This document shows positions 8,049 to 17,142 of a stretch of 64,000 nt of DNA, piece by piece. Made by a program: the position numbers and the translations under genes. The first letter of the stretch is position 1. The number at the start of each line of letters is the position of its first letter. The stretch spans positions 10,364-74,363 of the forward strand of contig JAENZQ010000001.1 of the NCBI GenBank assembly GCA_016841185.1. The letters run 5' to 3'. The notes below the pieces were generated by a model. The model was not told the DNA's origin and did not search any database. It worked only from the letters and a program-made list of their open reading frames with translations. The stretch is from Anaerovorax odorimutans (lineage in GTDB: Bacteria; Bacillota; Clostridia; Peptostreptococcales; JAAYPU01).

Positions 8049-8151
8049 AACCGCTCATCCTCCAAAAATGTTACCTTTTTCCCTTTTATAACCTCGTAAT
8101 ATCCAAGAAGGGCATCTCATAAATCCGCTTTCCAAGCGCTTTTCAGGATTC

Positions 8152-8338
8152 TGTTACCTTGTTACCTCTTTTTGGGGTAGGTGTATACACAAATATTTTT
8201 ATTTTTATATTTTTTAGTCTTAAAAAAGCAATGGTACTTTCGCGCGTATATATAAAGTTTAGGTAACAAAGGTAACATCGGTAACAAGTGGCTATTCATC
8301 AGCGTTTCTAGCGTTACCTTTTTGTTACCTTGTTACCT
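8152..8338. repeat. Iteron-like array: eight GTTACC/GGTAAC hexamers (2 + 3 inverted + 3) flanking an AT-rich core
   Basis: GTTACC at 8153, 8161, 8313, 8324, 8332. GGTAAC at 8262, 8271, 8280. Perfect 16-nt direct repeat TGTTACCTTGTTACCT at 8152-8167 and 8323-8338. AT-rich stretch at about 8191-8228. Confidence 0.6.
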
Positions 8339-8347
8339 TTTTCAATA

Positions 8348-10903
8348 CTAAAGAGGCTCAATATCTGTGATTTCAAAGCCGCTCACATCGCATCGCTCTT
8401 TCAGTATCGAGAAATCAAGAGCCCACGCTTTTTTTGTTTCATTCTCGAAACGCATCGTTTTATTGCTCTCTATAAAAAAGTCACTTTGCCTCAATTGCTT
8501 CAAAAACTGGTTATATGGAAGACATTCACCAGTGATTGCATAATCGCGTCTGTACTTGGTATAGCGGTCATATACATCACAGAAACGAATCCCGATAACC
8601 TTGCCATCTTTATCAAAAGTGTAGTCTTGATTCGGAGCCAGTTTCATCCGGGCCATGATTTCCAGGGTCTGTTCTACAATGCTCTTGTTATTGCTGCCGC
8701 CATCCAGCAAGTACTCCTGCACACCGTTTTGAAGATATCGAATACATGTCCCTTTGTTAATGGGAAATACTTCAGCCCACGTTACATTAAGGAATTCACA
8801 CAGTTTGTTTACTAGGCTCAGTCCGGCATAGCAACAGGCGAGATTATTGACGATACGAGATGGAAACTCATCAGATATCTCTGACTTTGCTTCCTCATAC
8901 CACTTCTCTGCCTCAGCAACCGATACTCTGAGTGCTATATCCAGCAGGCTCCGACCGAAGCTGCCAAGCAGATCCGCTTTTGCACACAGCTTATAAAATG
9001 CTTGTCTGTGGCTGGCTGGTTTTAAGTCCTTCTTGCTGAATAGCAATTCTATGCTCCGTTCTCTGATGGCCGCTTCATCCGGCGATTCCTCACCAGCTAC
9101 AATAATAGGTGCCAACAGTTCATAAGTAACAGCACTTTGATCCGCCCTACCGCGGACACCTTCATGGCCGTCATATGCATCTCGAAGATGGTTGTATAAG
9201 GCATTTAGCCTTAACTTATCTATCTTTGAAGGCTTGAACTCATCCATCAACTGCGGTATCAGATTCGATGATGCAGATTCCTTCATCAGCGTAAATGCAG
9301 TAACCTGTGTAGCCGCGCGGATTTTACTGCATGAAAATACCGGCAGAATAACCCGCTCCAATGTATTACTTTTTCCGCTGCCTTGTTCTCCGACAAGCAA
9401 TAAATGAGGAAACTTGATACCTGATTTTTTTAGATGCGGTTTGATAAAGCACCCGGCCACCCAGGCCATTACTGATACCGTTTTTATGGGTTCGTTATAG
9501 CTGAGAAGCCATTCACCAAGCATAATAAGCTGTTCCTTTGTCAATGGTTCATAGGTTAGGATATCGGTTGTTATGCTTTTATACTTATCAAGCTGCACGA
9601 TATCTTCGACAATGTTGCCTCCGGCTTCAATGGCACCATCCGTTGAAACATATACCATCCGCCCGCCATGCTCATAAATTCCAAGAGCCTTGACCCCTGT
9701 TTTCCTTACCCACTCCATTTCAGATATATAACCTTTCAGCAGTTCCAAATCTCCTTCTGAGCCAAAATAGCCTAAGGATATTGTCCGGCGGTTCAAGATA
9801 TTTTTAAACTTTTGGATGTTATTGAAGTCGGTAGTCATAAATGTCTGGCGGTATATTTCATCGCGGATTGTAATAAGATCAGCAGTCATCTGCGTTTCAT
9901 CTTCTGATACAATCATCTCCACCGGCTGAATGATAAAGTTTGTTATAGGATACACACTTTCGCCTCTGGTGCGGTAATACCTGCCCTCATGTTCAAAGAT
10001 AACTGACTCGCTTTCGCGGCTGTATACGTTCTCTGTGACTTCAATGGCCTTATCCAGTGTCTCCTGCCCATATGTTGCGCCGCTAGCATGATGTACCGTA
10101 TCCCACTTTTCCCGGAATAACCCGGAATTTCTAAACAGCCTGTCCATCTGCTCTTTGTTTTTGCCTGACCAGAAAGCCAGCATACAGCAAAGAGCAAGGT
10201 CGGCTTCGGACTGGCTCGGATACCCTGCTTCCTGCCATTTTCCTTCCCATAGCAGATTAAATTCCTTATGGTTTTCGGCTGTCTGGGCTTTCTCCAGAAT
10301 TTCTTCATCTGTAAGCGGCTCTAGCTTAACCCCCTTACGGTCTTTCTTGCTTTTCCCTCTCCGCTTTTTACTTTTGATATAATTCTCATGTATCCAGGCC
10401 AGTGCCCCGTTATCTTCAGTAATGTAATCAGGAGTCCTTGGCAGTCGCTCGCCAGTCATTGTGAAGTATCTGCTGTGGGCATACATTTCAACACCGGTTT
10501 TAGTGTTTTTATTGCCCTTGGCAGGCATCTCCCCTTTATAGAAAATATGAAGCCCAGTTCCTGAAGGGCTGATTTCCGTATATGACGGAAACCGCTCAAG
10601 GATATCCTTGGCGGTATCGTTTAATTCCCCAGTGTATTTGTCGCGGCAGTGATCTATGTCTATCCCTACTAAGCCTCCGCTTTTTGCGAATACAAAACCC
10701 AATCCGGTATAGAGATATTGTTCTTTTGCCGCAATCGCATCGTCAAGGGTCGACCAGTCGTTTGGGTTAGTGCTTGAGGCTTTTCTTCCGGTTAAGGGAT
10801 TGTATGGGATTTTACTGTCTTTCCCGTCCTTTGTGTTTGGTTCCAGGCGCCAGCAGATCCATTGCTTCTGGTCAGCCAGTTCTTTAGGAAATGAGATGCT
10901 CAT
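8348..10903 (-). CDS. Phage/plasmid primase-helicase (N-terminal Prim-Pol domain plus P-loop NTPase)
   Basis: N-terminal ..GLGFVFAKSGGLVGIDIDHC..SPSGTGLHIFY.. (bifunctional primase-polymerase motifs). Walker A ..LLLVGEQGSGKSN... 851 aa. Confidence 0.85.
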   Translation of the reverse strand: MSISFPKELADQKQWICWRLEPNTKDGKDSKIPYNPLTGRKASSTNPNDWSTLDDAIAAKEQYLYTGLGFVFAKSGGLVGIDIDHCRDKYTGELNDTAKDILERFPSYTEISPSGTGLHIFYKGEMPAKGNKNTKTGVEMYAHSRYFTMTGERLPRTPDYITEDNGALAWIHENYIKSKKRRGKSKKDRKGVKLEPLTDEEILEKAQTAENHKEFNLLWEGKWQEAGYPSQSEADLALCCMLAFWSGKNKEQMDRLFRNSGLFREKWDTVHHASGATYGQETLDKAIEVTENVYSRESESVIFEHEGRYYRTRGESVYPITNFIIQPVEMIVSEDETQMTADLITIRDEIYRQTFMTTDFNNIQKFKNILNRRTISLGYFGSEGDLELLKGYISEMEWVRKTGVKALGIYEHGGRMVYVSTDGAIEAGGNIVEDIVQLDKYKSITTDILTYEPLTKEQLIMLGEWLLSYNEPIKTVSVMAWVAGCFIKPHLKKSGIKFPHLLLVGEQGSGKSNTLERVILPVFSCSKIRAATQVTAFTLMKESASSNLIPQLMDEFKPSKIDKLRLNALYNHLRDAYDGHEGVRGRADQSAVTYELLAPIIVAGEESPDEAAIRERSIELLFSKKDLKPASHRQAFYKLCAKADLLGSFGRSLLDIALRVSVAEAEKWYEEAKSEISDEFPSRIVNNLACCYAGLSLVNKLCEFLNVTWAEVFPINKGTCIRYLQNGVQEYLLDGGSNNKSIVEQTLEIMARMKLAPNQDYTFDKDGKVIGIRFCDVYDRYTKYRRDYAITGECLPYNQFLKQLRQSDFFIESNKTMRFENETKKAWALDFSILKERCDVSGFEITDIEPL

Positions 10904-11325
10904 TTACACCGCACCTCCTCGCATCGTTCATTAAAATACCGGATCGGAATGCTGCGCTGCTTTGCCTTTTCAATCTCAATGGACATCCCTTTAGTAATTT
11001 TTCTGCCAAATACCCACACTTCTGAGCACTTTGACATCAATACCATGCCAAAGAACAAGCCCAGATTTCGCATTTGTTCATCATCGTCGTCCATAAACTG
11101 CGGAAACAAGAGGTGCGGAGCAATAGGTATGCAATTCCTGCTCACTGCAAATCGGCAGTACCCCTGAGCCTTACGGATATTACGTTCTATATCACCAGCA
11201 TATGGGCTGCAGATAAATACCATTGGTCTGTAAGGCGCTTTCCTGGCCTCCCGTTCAATCCGGAGCAGTGCTTCATAAGGTGTGGGGTCGTAATATCCTT
11301 CCGCGTTAAACTTGCTGATACTCAT
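10900..11325 (-). CDS. DUF4406 / nucleoside 2-deoxyribosyltransferase-like protein
   Basis: 141 aa. The pattern ..VFICSPYAG..(helix)..IAPHLLF..CSEVWVFG..ITKGMSIEIEKA.. resembles the DUF4406/NDT-like fold family. Assignment from memory. Confidence 0.4.
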   Translation of the reverse strand: MSISKFNAEGYYDPTPYEALLRIEREARKAPYRPMVFICSPYAGDIERNIRKAQGYCRFAVSRNCIPIAPHLLFPQFMDDDDEQMRNLGLFFGMVLMSKCSEVWVFGRKITKGMSIEIEKAKQRSIPIRYFNERCEEVRCK

Positions 11326-11340
11326 GGTATTACCCCCTGC

Positions 11341-12162
11341 CTATGCACTTTTTTGTTCACGTTCGATTACAGGCAATATACCTTTCTTGTTTTTAAGAAG
11401 GTCATAGATAAATAGCCTTCCTTTTTGTGTCCAATATGTGTGCATTACGCTTCTTTCTGCATCAATAGCATGGGTCTTGGACTGCGTGTATCCTTGATCG
11501 GCGTACTCCTGATATAAAAGCCAGCAATTTCCCATTTTGTACTGTACTCCGAGCTCATGAAGCAGCTTATTGAAAGCGCGGCCAGACATTCCGTAATCCT
11601 TGGCAATCTTGCTGATCGGCACAAGGCTTTTATTTTGCAATATGAGATCATAATAGCTCGCTTTGGGCTTCAACTCACTGATAATCTGTTTATTCTTTGC
11701 ATTCTCTATTTCTAAAGCTTTCCGTCTGTCGCGTTCTGCCTTCAGTTCAGAGAAAATCCTGATACCATACTCCGGATTGGAAATCATCTCTTCGATAACT
11801 TTATCTGTAGCATAAACTCCATATTTTCTGATCGTGGGCAGCACTTCATCAAAGACCCATCTTTCAAAGCGTTCAGCAGCAGGAAGTTTGCTACGTATAA
11901 TGAGACGATATAGATTTCCTTCTGTAATATAAGTCCGTTCAACATGCTGTTCAGTCGAGACACCATATTGATTTGTAGTTAAGGTGACCCCGTCGTGTTT
12001 CACGACCCCGTCTGGTTTGCAATGGCGTTGTATCGCATCACGAGGGTTACTATATCCAAGCATCCTCGCACAATCTGTCGCAGGAAAGTATTCCTTTCCA
12101 TCAATAACGAGTACTTTAAGTTCTCCAAATTCTGTATTCTTAAAAACCTGTAAGTTATTCAT
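11341..12162 (-). CDS. Phage antirepressor (Bro-N domain plus KilAC domain)
   Basis: N-terminus MNNLQVFKNTEFGELKVLVIDGKEYFPATDCARMLGY (Bro-N). C-terminus ..ISKIAKDYGMSGRAFNKLLHELGVQY.. (KilAC/ANT-like). Confidence 0.8.
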   Translation of the reverse strand: MNNLQVFKNTEFGELKVLVIDGKEYFPATDCARMLGYSNPRDAIQRHCKPDGVVKHDGVTLTTNQYGVSTEQHVERTYITEGNLYRLIIRSKLPAAERFERWVFDEVLPTIRKYGVYATDKVIEEMISNPEYGIRIFSELKAERDRRKALEIENAKNKQIISELKPKASYYDLILQNKSLVPISKIAKDYGMSGRAFNKLLHELGVQYKMGNCWLLYQEYADQGYTQSKTHAIDAERSVMHTYWTQKGRLFIYDLLKNKKGILPVIEREQKSA

Positions 12163-12166
12163 AACA

Positions 12167-14089
12167 TCAATCCTCCATTTCTTTCATTTCTCCAAAATTT
12201 CTTCCTACCGAGGCTTCTGCCACGATAGGTACATCAAATTCAGGGAAGGGTTGTGTTTCCATACACTCTTTTATAAAGGCAACTGCTTCGTCCACCTTGT
12301 CTTCCGGTAATTCAAAAACCAGCTCGTCATGTATCTGCAGTATAGGTTTCACCCAAAGCCTTTCGGAAAGTCCACTGATGATGCGCCCACAGGCAAGCTT
12401 TAGAATATCTGCCGCTGTACCTTGAATAGGTGTATTTAATGCGCACCGCTCGGCAAACGACTTCTTGCCCCAATCTGATGACCGAATTCCCAGAAGGTAT
12501 CTTCGCCTGCCCAGCCATGTTTCTGTATAGCAGCTTACAGCAGCCCGCTTTTTAACCTCATCCTGCCATTTGGCAAGACCGGGGTATCCGGCCTTCAAGT
12601 TTTGAATGATGGTCTCACATTCGGACAAAGTTGGGTTCAGGCCTGCTTTAAATTTAAGTGTCCTCTGTAAGCCAGTAGGAAACAGACCATAGAACACACC
12701 GAAATTGCAGTTCTTTGCAATGGTCCTGCGCTCTTTATAATGCGGAGCATTTTTGTCTGCTGCCTCTTCAAAAGGAATGCAGTAAATAACAGAAGTGGTC
12801 TGAGCATGGATATCACCGCCAGTACGATAGGTTTCCAGCATACGTTTGTCCCTGCAATAAAATGCTCCGACACGTAGTTCTATCTGTGAAAAGTCAAGGG
12901 ATAAAATAACCTTTCCGTCCGGTGCAATGATAAATTTCCGTACGCCTATTGGGTCATTGTCTTTCTGCGGGCAATTCTGCATATTCGGGTTTCTTGACGC
13001 AAATCTGCCTGTCTCTGTCCCCAGCGGTATAAGGTCCGGATGAATCCTGCCGGTATCCTTATCAATAAATCGAAGATACCCGTCTATATAGGTGGATTTG
13101 AGTTTTCCCCACTTGCGGTATTCCTGCACCAGTTCAAATAAGCGAACAAGTTCAGGCCTGTTGGATTTACACCATTCTTTTAACAGAATCATGGTTTCAT
13201 CATCGGCCGCTTCCTGATGTTTTGCGGTCGTTTTCATAACCGGAAGACCGAGATCAGTAAAAAGATATTTTTTAAATGCTGAAGTTGAAGCATTTGCCCC
13301 TATTTCTATGTTGCCGATAATTACGGCAATCTCTTTTCTGATACTGACAATCTTTTCTGCGGCTTCCGCTTGTTTCTTCAGCATGGCTGACTTGTCCACC
13401 AATATGCCGTTATACTTCATTATCCCGACATACACTGATGTATGCGATTCTACCTCTTCCACAATAGTTCTGTGTTTGGATAAGAATCTATCAAACCACT
13501 GATTGAAAACATGATACAAGCGAAGAGTGTAGTCGCTGTCTGCACAAGCGTAGCGGATAGTCTTCTCATCCTGAGGGTTCAATTCATCGAAAAACCGACC
13601 GTCAGTAACCGTTGAGAATTCTATCATTTCCGCCTTGCATAGTGCGGGTGCAAGTGTTTTAAGTCCGCTGTCAGCAAGGCTTCTGAACTCCCACTTGCTT
13701 TTTAATGTAAGCTGTGATGCTGCAATAGTGTCATAACAAGGCTTTTGAAGGACGATACCTCTTGCGTAAAGGAACATAGACTCAAAAGCCAGGTTATGAG
13801 CAACCTTTATTACATCTTTTGATTCGAATAGTAATTTCAGATAATCCCATATAGCCGCCTGGTTATCTGCATTTTGCCCGCTGCGATGTTTAAGTGGAAC
13901 ATATATAGCAGTCCCTTCTGATACTGAAAAACTGATCCCTGTAATATCTGCTCTATGAGCATCCAGAGCCGCACTTTTATCGTTCCTCCATTTATCGCGG
14001 GGTGACGTTTCAAAGTCGAAAGCAAATAAGACAGTGTTTTTCAGATACTCTTTTATTTCAGACAGCTTATAAACACATTTGTATCCCAT
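12167..14089 (-). CDS. Family A DNA polymerase (Pol I-like, with 3'-5' exonuclease-like N-terminus)
   Basis: Motif A ..LSLDFSQIELR.., motif B ..RRTIAKNCNFGVFYG.., motif C ..QIHDELVFE... 640 aa. Confidence 0.9.
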   Translation of the reverse strand: MGYKCVYKLSEIKEYLKNTVLFAFDFETSPRDKWRNDKSAALDAHRADITGISFSVSEGTAIYVPLKHRSGQNADNQAAIWDYLKLLFESKDVIKVAHNLAFESMFLYARGIVLQKPCYDTIAASQLTLKSKWEFRSLADSGLKTLAPALCKAEMIEFSTVTDGRFFDELNPQDEKTIRYACADSDYTLRLYHVFNQWFDRFLSKHRTIVEEVESHTSVYVGIMKYNGILVDKSAMLKKQAEAAEKIVSIRKEIAVIIGNIEIGANASTSAFKKYLFTDLGLPVMKTTAKHQEAADDETMILLKEWCKSNRPELVRLFELVQEYRKWGKLKSTYIDGYLRFIDKDTGRIHPDLIPLGTETGRFASRNPNMQNCPQKDNDPIGVRKFIIAPDGKVILSLDFSQIELRVGAFYCRDKRMLETYRTGGDIHAQTTSVIYCIPFEEAADKNAPHYKERRTIAKNCNFGVFYGLFPTGLQRTLKFKAGLNPTLSECETIIQNLKAGYPGLAKWQDEVKKRAAVSCYTETWLGRRRYLLGIRSSDWGKKSFAERCALNTPIQGTAADILKLACGRIISGLSERLWVKPILQIHDELVFELPEDKVDEAVAFIKECMETQPFPEFDVPIVAEASVGRNFGEMKEMED

Positions 14090-14147
14090 GCGGTTCTCCT
14101 TTCCGCCCTATCGGAGATAGATAATCCATCACCGATAGGGCATTTGA

Positions 14148-14900
14148 TCACTTAAGCGGCTCAGTAATTTCACCTGATTCAGGGTCTACATTTATTACCT
14201 CTTCACCGGCAGGTTCAGTATCATGGCCGACTCGGGTACTGAATGCTTTGACCTGCTCAGAAAGCTTGGATATCAACACATATTCGTCAGCGGTCAGATC
14301 CCGATCTACAGCAAACTGAGCCTGTGAATAGGTGATACCGCTTGAATTGGTCGCCTTTTTCAATGAAAAGCGGGTAACTACGCTGTTCGATTTTTTACCT
14401 TTAGAAAGCAGCCTTTTGATGTAGCGGGAAAACTCTTTCAACGATCCTGTTGGCAATGAGAGTATCAACGGGAAAATCTCCCCTTCACGCAGTACATATA
14501 TCCTGCGGCGGTTCTTGCAAGCTTTGCTGCCGTTTTCCCCCGAACCGAACTGATTATATGGGCATTTGGCACAGCTTCCTCCGGGGTCTCCTTCGCCGGT
14601 TATACCATCAAAGCTTCCGCAATCCGGTGGGTTACTGCCTCCGGTATACTTGTCCTTGTAGTATGCATAAAGTGGATGATGATAAAGAATTACCGCTGAG
14701 AATTCCTTGACAGTATCAGGTTCTCCGGGATTTTCCCCGGGCACTTCGAATACTGTGCTGCCTGCGGACGGGATTTTTATGCGTTCAAAAGTCATGTCAA
14801 GACCGTCAAGTTCTGATGCCATTGCCTCGTCAAGATTGAAATTAGCGAGCTGAAGAAAACCTGTATTTTCGTTAATAGTTACGAGTTCATTGTTTTTCAT
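14148..14900 (-). CDS. Hypothetical replication-module protein with Cys cluster
   Basis: 250 aa, GGAGG RBS, ..PPDCGSFDG..GGSCAKCPYNQFG..SKACKNRRR.. (possible zinc-binding). No family named. Confidence 0.5.
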   Translation of the reverse strand: MKNNELVTINENTGFLQLANFNLDEAMASELDGLDMTFERIKIPSAGSTVFEVPGENPGEPDTVKEFSAVILYHHPLYAYYKDKYTGGSNPPDCGSFDGITGEGDPGGSCAKCPYNQFGSGENGSKACKNRRRIYVLREGEIFPLILSLPTGSLKEFSRYIKRLLSKGKKSNSVVTRFSLKKATNSSGITYSQAQFAVDRDLTADEYVLISKLSEQVKAFSTRVGHDTEPAGEEVINVDPESGEITEPLK

Positions 14901-15006
14901 GCTTTTATACCTCCGTAATTATGAATTTGGAATGTAATCTATATCATTGTTCTTTGAAACTTTGATCTTAGAACCGTATTTCGTGTACATTGCACTCTGA
15001 ACTTAT

Positions 15007-15423
15007 TTACCTTGCTGCTTTCCGCACAGTTACTGTTGTTTTTTCGAAGACATTCACAAGGCCTTTCAACCAGTCCGGAAGCTCGTCCCCATTCTCCGCA
15101 ATCTGTTCTTTAACAAATGCCGACAGAGAGTTTGCATTGACTGTTTCATAGATGAGTTCTCCGAAGCCTTTACTGCGCAGAGTATCAAACAGTTCTTCCT
15201 TCATGCCTGCGGCAGCACTGGCTCTTGTTGTCGTTGAAAGGCAGAACATTGTTCCTGCTCTTGTGAAGTTTTGCGTCTCACTGCTGATCATCAGCTCAGA
15301 CAGGCGGTATTCAACATCGTCAATCTCCGCATTTATGCTTTTCAGTTCCTCTTCAACAGCCTTCTTTGCCTCGCGCAGCTCCTTAAGGTGGTCAGCAAGT
15401 TCAAACATCGCATTATTGCTCAT
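15007..15423 (-). CDS. Coiled-coil phage protein (possibly Sipho_Gp157-like)
   Basis: Start set to ATG at 15423 (GGAGG 7 nt upstream). N-terminal coiled-coil ..LKELREAKKAVEEELKSINAEIDDVEYRL... Weak family guess. Confidence 0.4.
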   Translation of the reverse strand: MSNNAMFELADHLKELREAKKAVEEELKSINAEIDDVEYRLSELMISSETQNFTRAGTMFCLSTTTRASAAAGMKEELFDTLRSKGFGELIYETVNANSLSAFVKEQIAENGDELPDWLKGLVNVFEKTTVTVRKAAR

Positions 15424-16920
15424 AGCTTTCACCTCCTTCTGGAGCAAAGGGGTTTGTTCCTTTGCGGTAGTCGTCTATTAGCATTTTTGCAAGATCTGCC
15501 TTATTGCGCAGAGCTGTCAGAATTTTTGAGTCTACGGTACCCTTGGCGATAAGGTAGATATATGTGCAGCCGTTCTTCTGTCCAACTCTATGGATGCGGG
15601 CTTTTGTCTGCTCAAAATTCGACATGGAGTAATCAAGGGAGTAAAATACCATTGTGCTTGCAGCGGTTAGTGTAATACCAAGTCCAGCAGTTGCAATCTG
15701 GCCTACAAACACCATGCAGTCAGTATCATATTGAAACCGGTGGATTTGCTCTTGGCGGTCCTTAGTTGCACCATAAATACACGCATAGCCGATGTCCTTC
15801 TTCTCCAGCATCCTGCATATGGCATGGATTTCAGGAATAAACCTTGCTATGACAACCAGCTTATGTCCTTCTTGAATACTGCTTTCAAGGATATCTTCAA
15901 GAGCATTTAACTTGGCATCACTGACTTGCTCGATTTTCCCACCGTCATCGCTTCCGATGAAGCCCCCGGTTAATTGCGAAAGGCGAAGCAAGCGTGTTAG
16001 TATGTTTGTTGCTGTTACTTCTCCTGCTGACAGCTCAGTATAGCTTTGTTTGACAAGCTCTTTATATTTTTTCAAAGTTACAGGTTCAAGCTCAATATAG
16101 CGAATAATATCGGTGGTTTCCGGCAAATCCAGGCACTCCGCTTTGGTCGCCCGAAACGCAATGCTGTGAATCCTTTTCATCAAATCCTGTTCCATTGATT
16201 TTTTCAGCACCGGTGTATGGTTGCCATAGCCAACCATGTTGAAATACCGGTTTCGGAATGCATAAAAACTGTTACCAAAGACACGAGGATCAAGAAACTT
16301 ATACTGGCTGAATACATCTATGGCTTTGTTAGTTATAACCGTTCCTGTCAGTAGGAGCCGATACCGTGCAAGCAAGCCCAATCGGTGCATTGCTTTTGAA
16401 ACCGCCGTATTATGAGTTTTAATTTTGTGTCCTTCATCGGCAACGATAATGTCAGGATGCCAGTTTGCCAGTTCCTTTTCCATTCGCCATGCAGATTCGT
16501 AGTTGATTACCACTACATGGACACCTTCGCCAGTTAAAAATCTTAGTTGTTGGATTTTCTTTTGAATCGTGCCATTAAGGACTATAAGCTGATATGGGAA
16601 ATTTGCGAACCGTTTAAACTCGTCTTCCCACACTCCCAGAATGGAAAGCGGCGCAACTATTAGCACACGTTTTATTCTTCCTGCAGCAAGCAATGCTCCT
16701 ATAATGGCGATTGAGACAAGAGTTTTCCCAGTGCTGGTCAGCCCATTTCCATCAGGAGCGCTGCACCCCATCCGGAAATGGCAGAAACACCACCACCCTT
16801 CAGAAGTTCGAATAGACTGCAGATGAAATTGAAAGCACGAATCTGATGCTTGTATGGTCTGCCCTTTATGGGCATTGGAATTATTTGCTGCACTTTTGCA
16901 TTGCTCATTGAGGCTTGCAT
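15413..16920 (-). pseudogene. SNF2-family helicase interrupted by a 1-nt frameshift inside motif I
   Basis: Upstream ORF (start ATG at 16920, GGAGG RBS) reads ..RPYKHQIRAFNF..GAALLMEMG then stops (16738). The downstream ORF in the -1 frame continues LTSTGKTLV..., and joining them restores the SNF2 motif I (xLLxxEMGLGKT-like). Later motifs are present: DEGH (..IVADEGHKIK..) and the helicase C-terminal motif (..QTKARIHRVGQ..). Confidence 0.75.
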
Positions 16921-17023
16921 CTTATATCCTCCATCCTTCAATTTTGAGGGTTGGCCAACTCTCTGACTCAATGCTACTCGAATTGTTAAAGCCTGTCTGG
17001 ACATCTAAAGTCCATGTTTTGGG

Positions 17024-17092
17024 CAAAAAAATAGCCATTATGCAGTAAGGTTTTTGCGCCTTTTTTGCATAATGGCTTAAAATCTCATTATA
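17024..17092 (-). promoter_or_regulatory. TATAAT element followed by a long terminator-like hairpin plus U-run, upstream of the SNF2 operon
   Basis: Minus-strand TATAAT = plus 17087-17092, immediately followed by ATGAGATTTT (half of the 19-mer seen at 5571/5932). Hairpin GCCATTATGCA (17034-17044) / TGCATAATGGC (17067-17077), followed on the minus strand by UAUUUUUUU. Confidence 0.4.
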
Positions 17093-17110
17093 ATAGCCGG
17101 TTTAAAATAT

Positions 17111-17136
17111 AAAAAGTTGGACTTCCGAAGTCCAAC
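17111..17136 (-). terminator. Intrinsic terminator of the ImmA-like gene
   Basis: GTTGGACTT-CCG-AAGTCCAAC perfect 9-bp stem immediately after the stop codon, followed on the minus strand by UUUUU. T-run on the other side as well (bidirectional). Confidence 0.7.
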
Positions 17137-17142
17137 AATTTT

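Noticed and set aside
8330-8815. 161-aa plus-strand ORF antisense to the primase-helicase gene, and similar antisense ORFs at 2385-2792, 31412-31999, 33808-34482, 54477-54878 and 59638-60204
   Set aside because: All lie entirely within much longer, well-supported genes on the other strand, lack RBSs, and have low-complexity or odd composition typical of shadow ORFs.
14090-14147. 9-bp inverted repeat CCCTATCGG...CCGATAGGG just upstream of the polymerase RBS as a terminator or regulatory hairpin
   Set aside because: It has no U-run and occurs only once. It may affect translation initiation, but the evidence is too thin to report as a feature.
16735-16775. Programmed -1 ribosomal frameshift in the SNF2 gene
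   Set aside because: There is no X XXY YYZ slippery heptamer at the junction (..GAA ATG GGC TGA..) and no obvious downstream pseudoknot. A 1-nt deletion or homopolymer error is the simpler explanation, so it is reported as a frameshift only.
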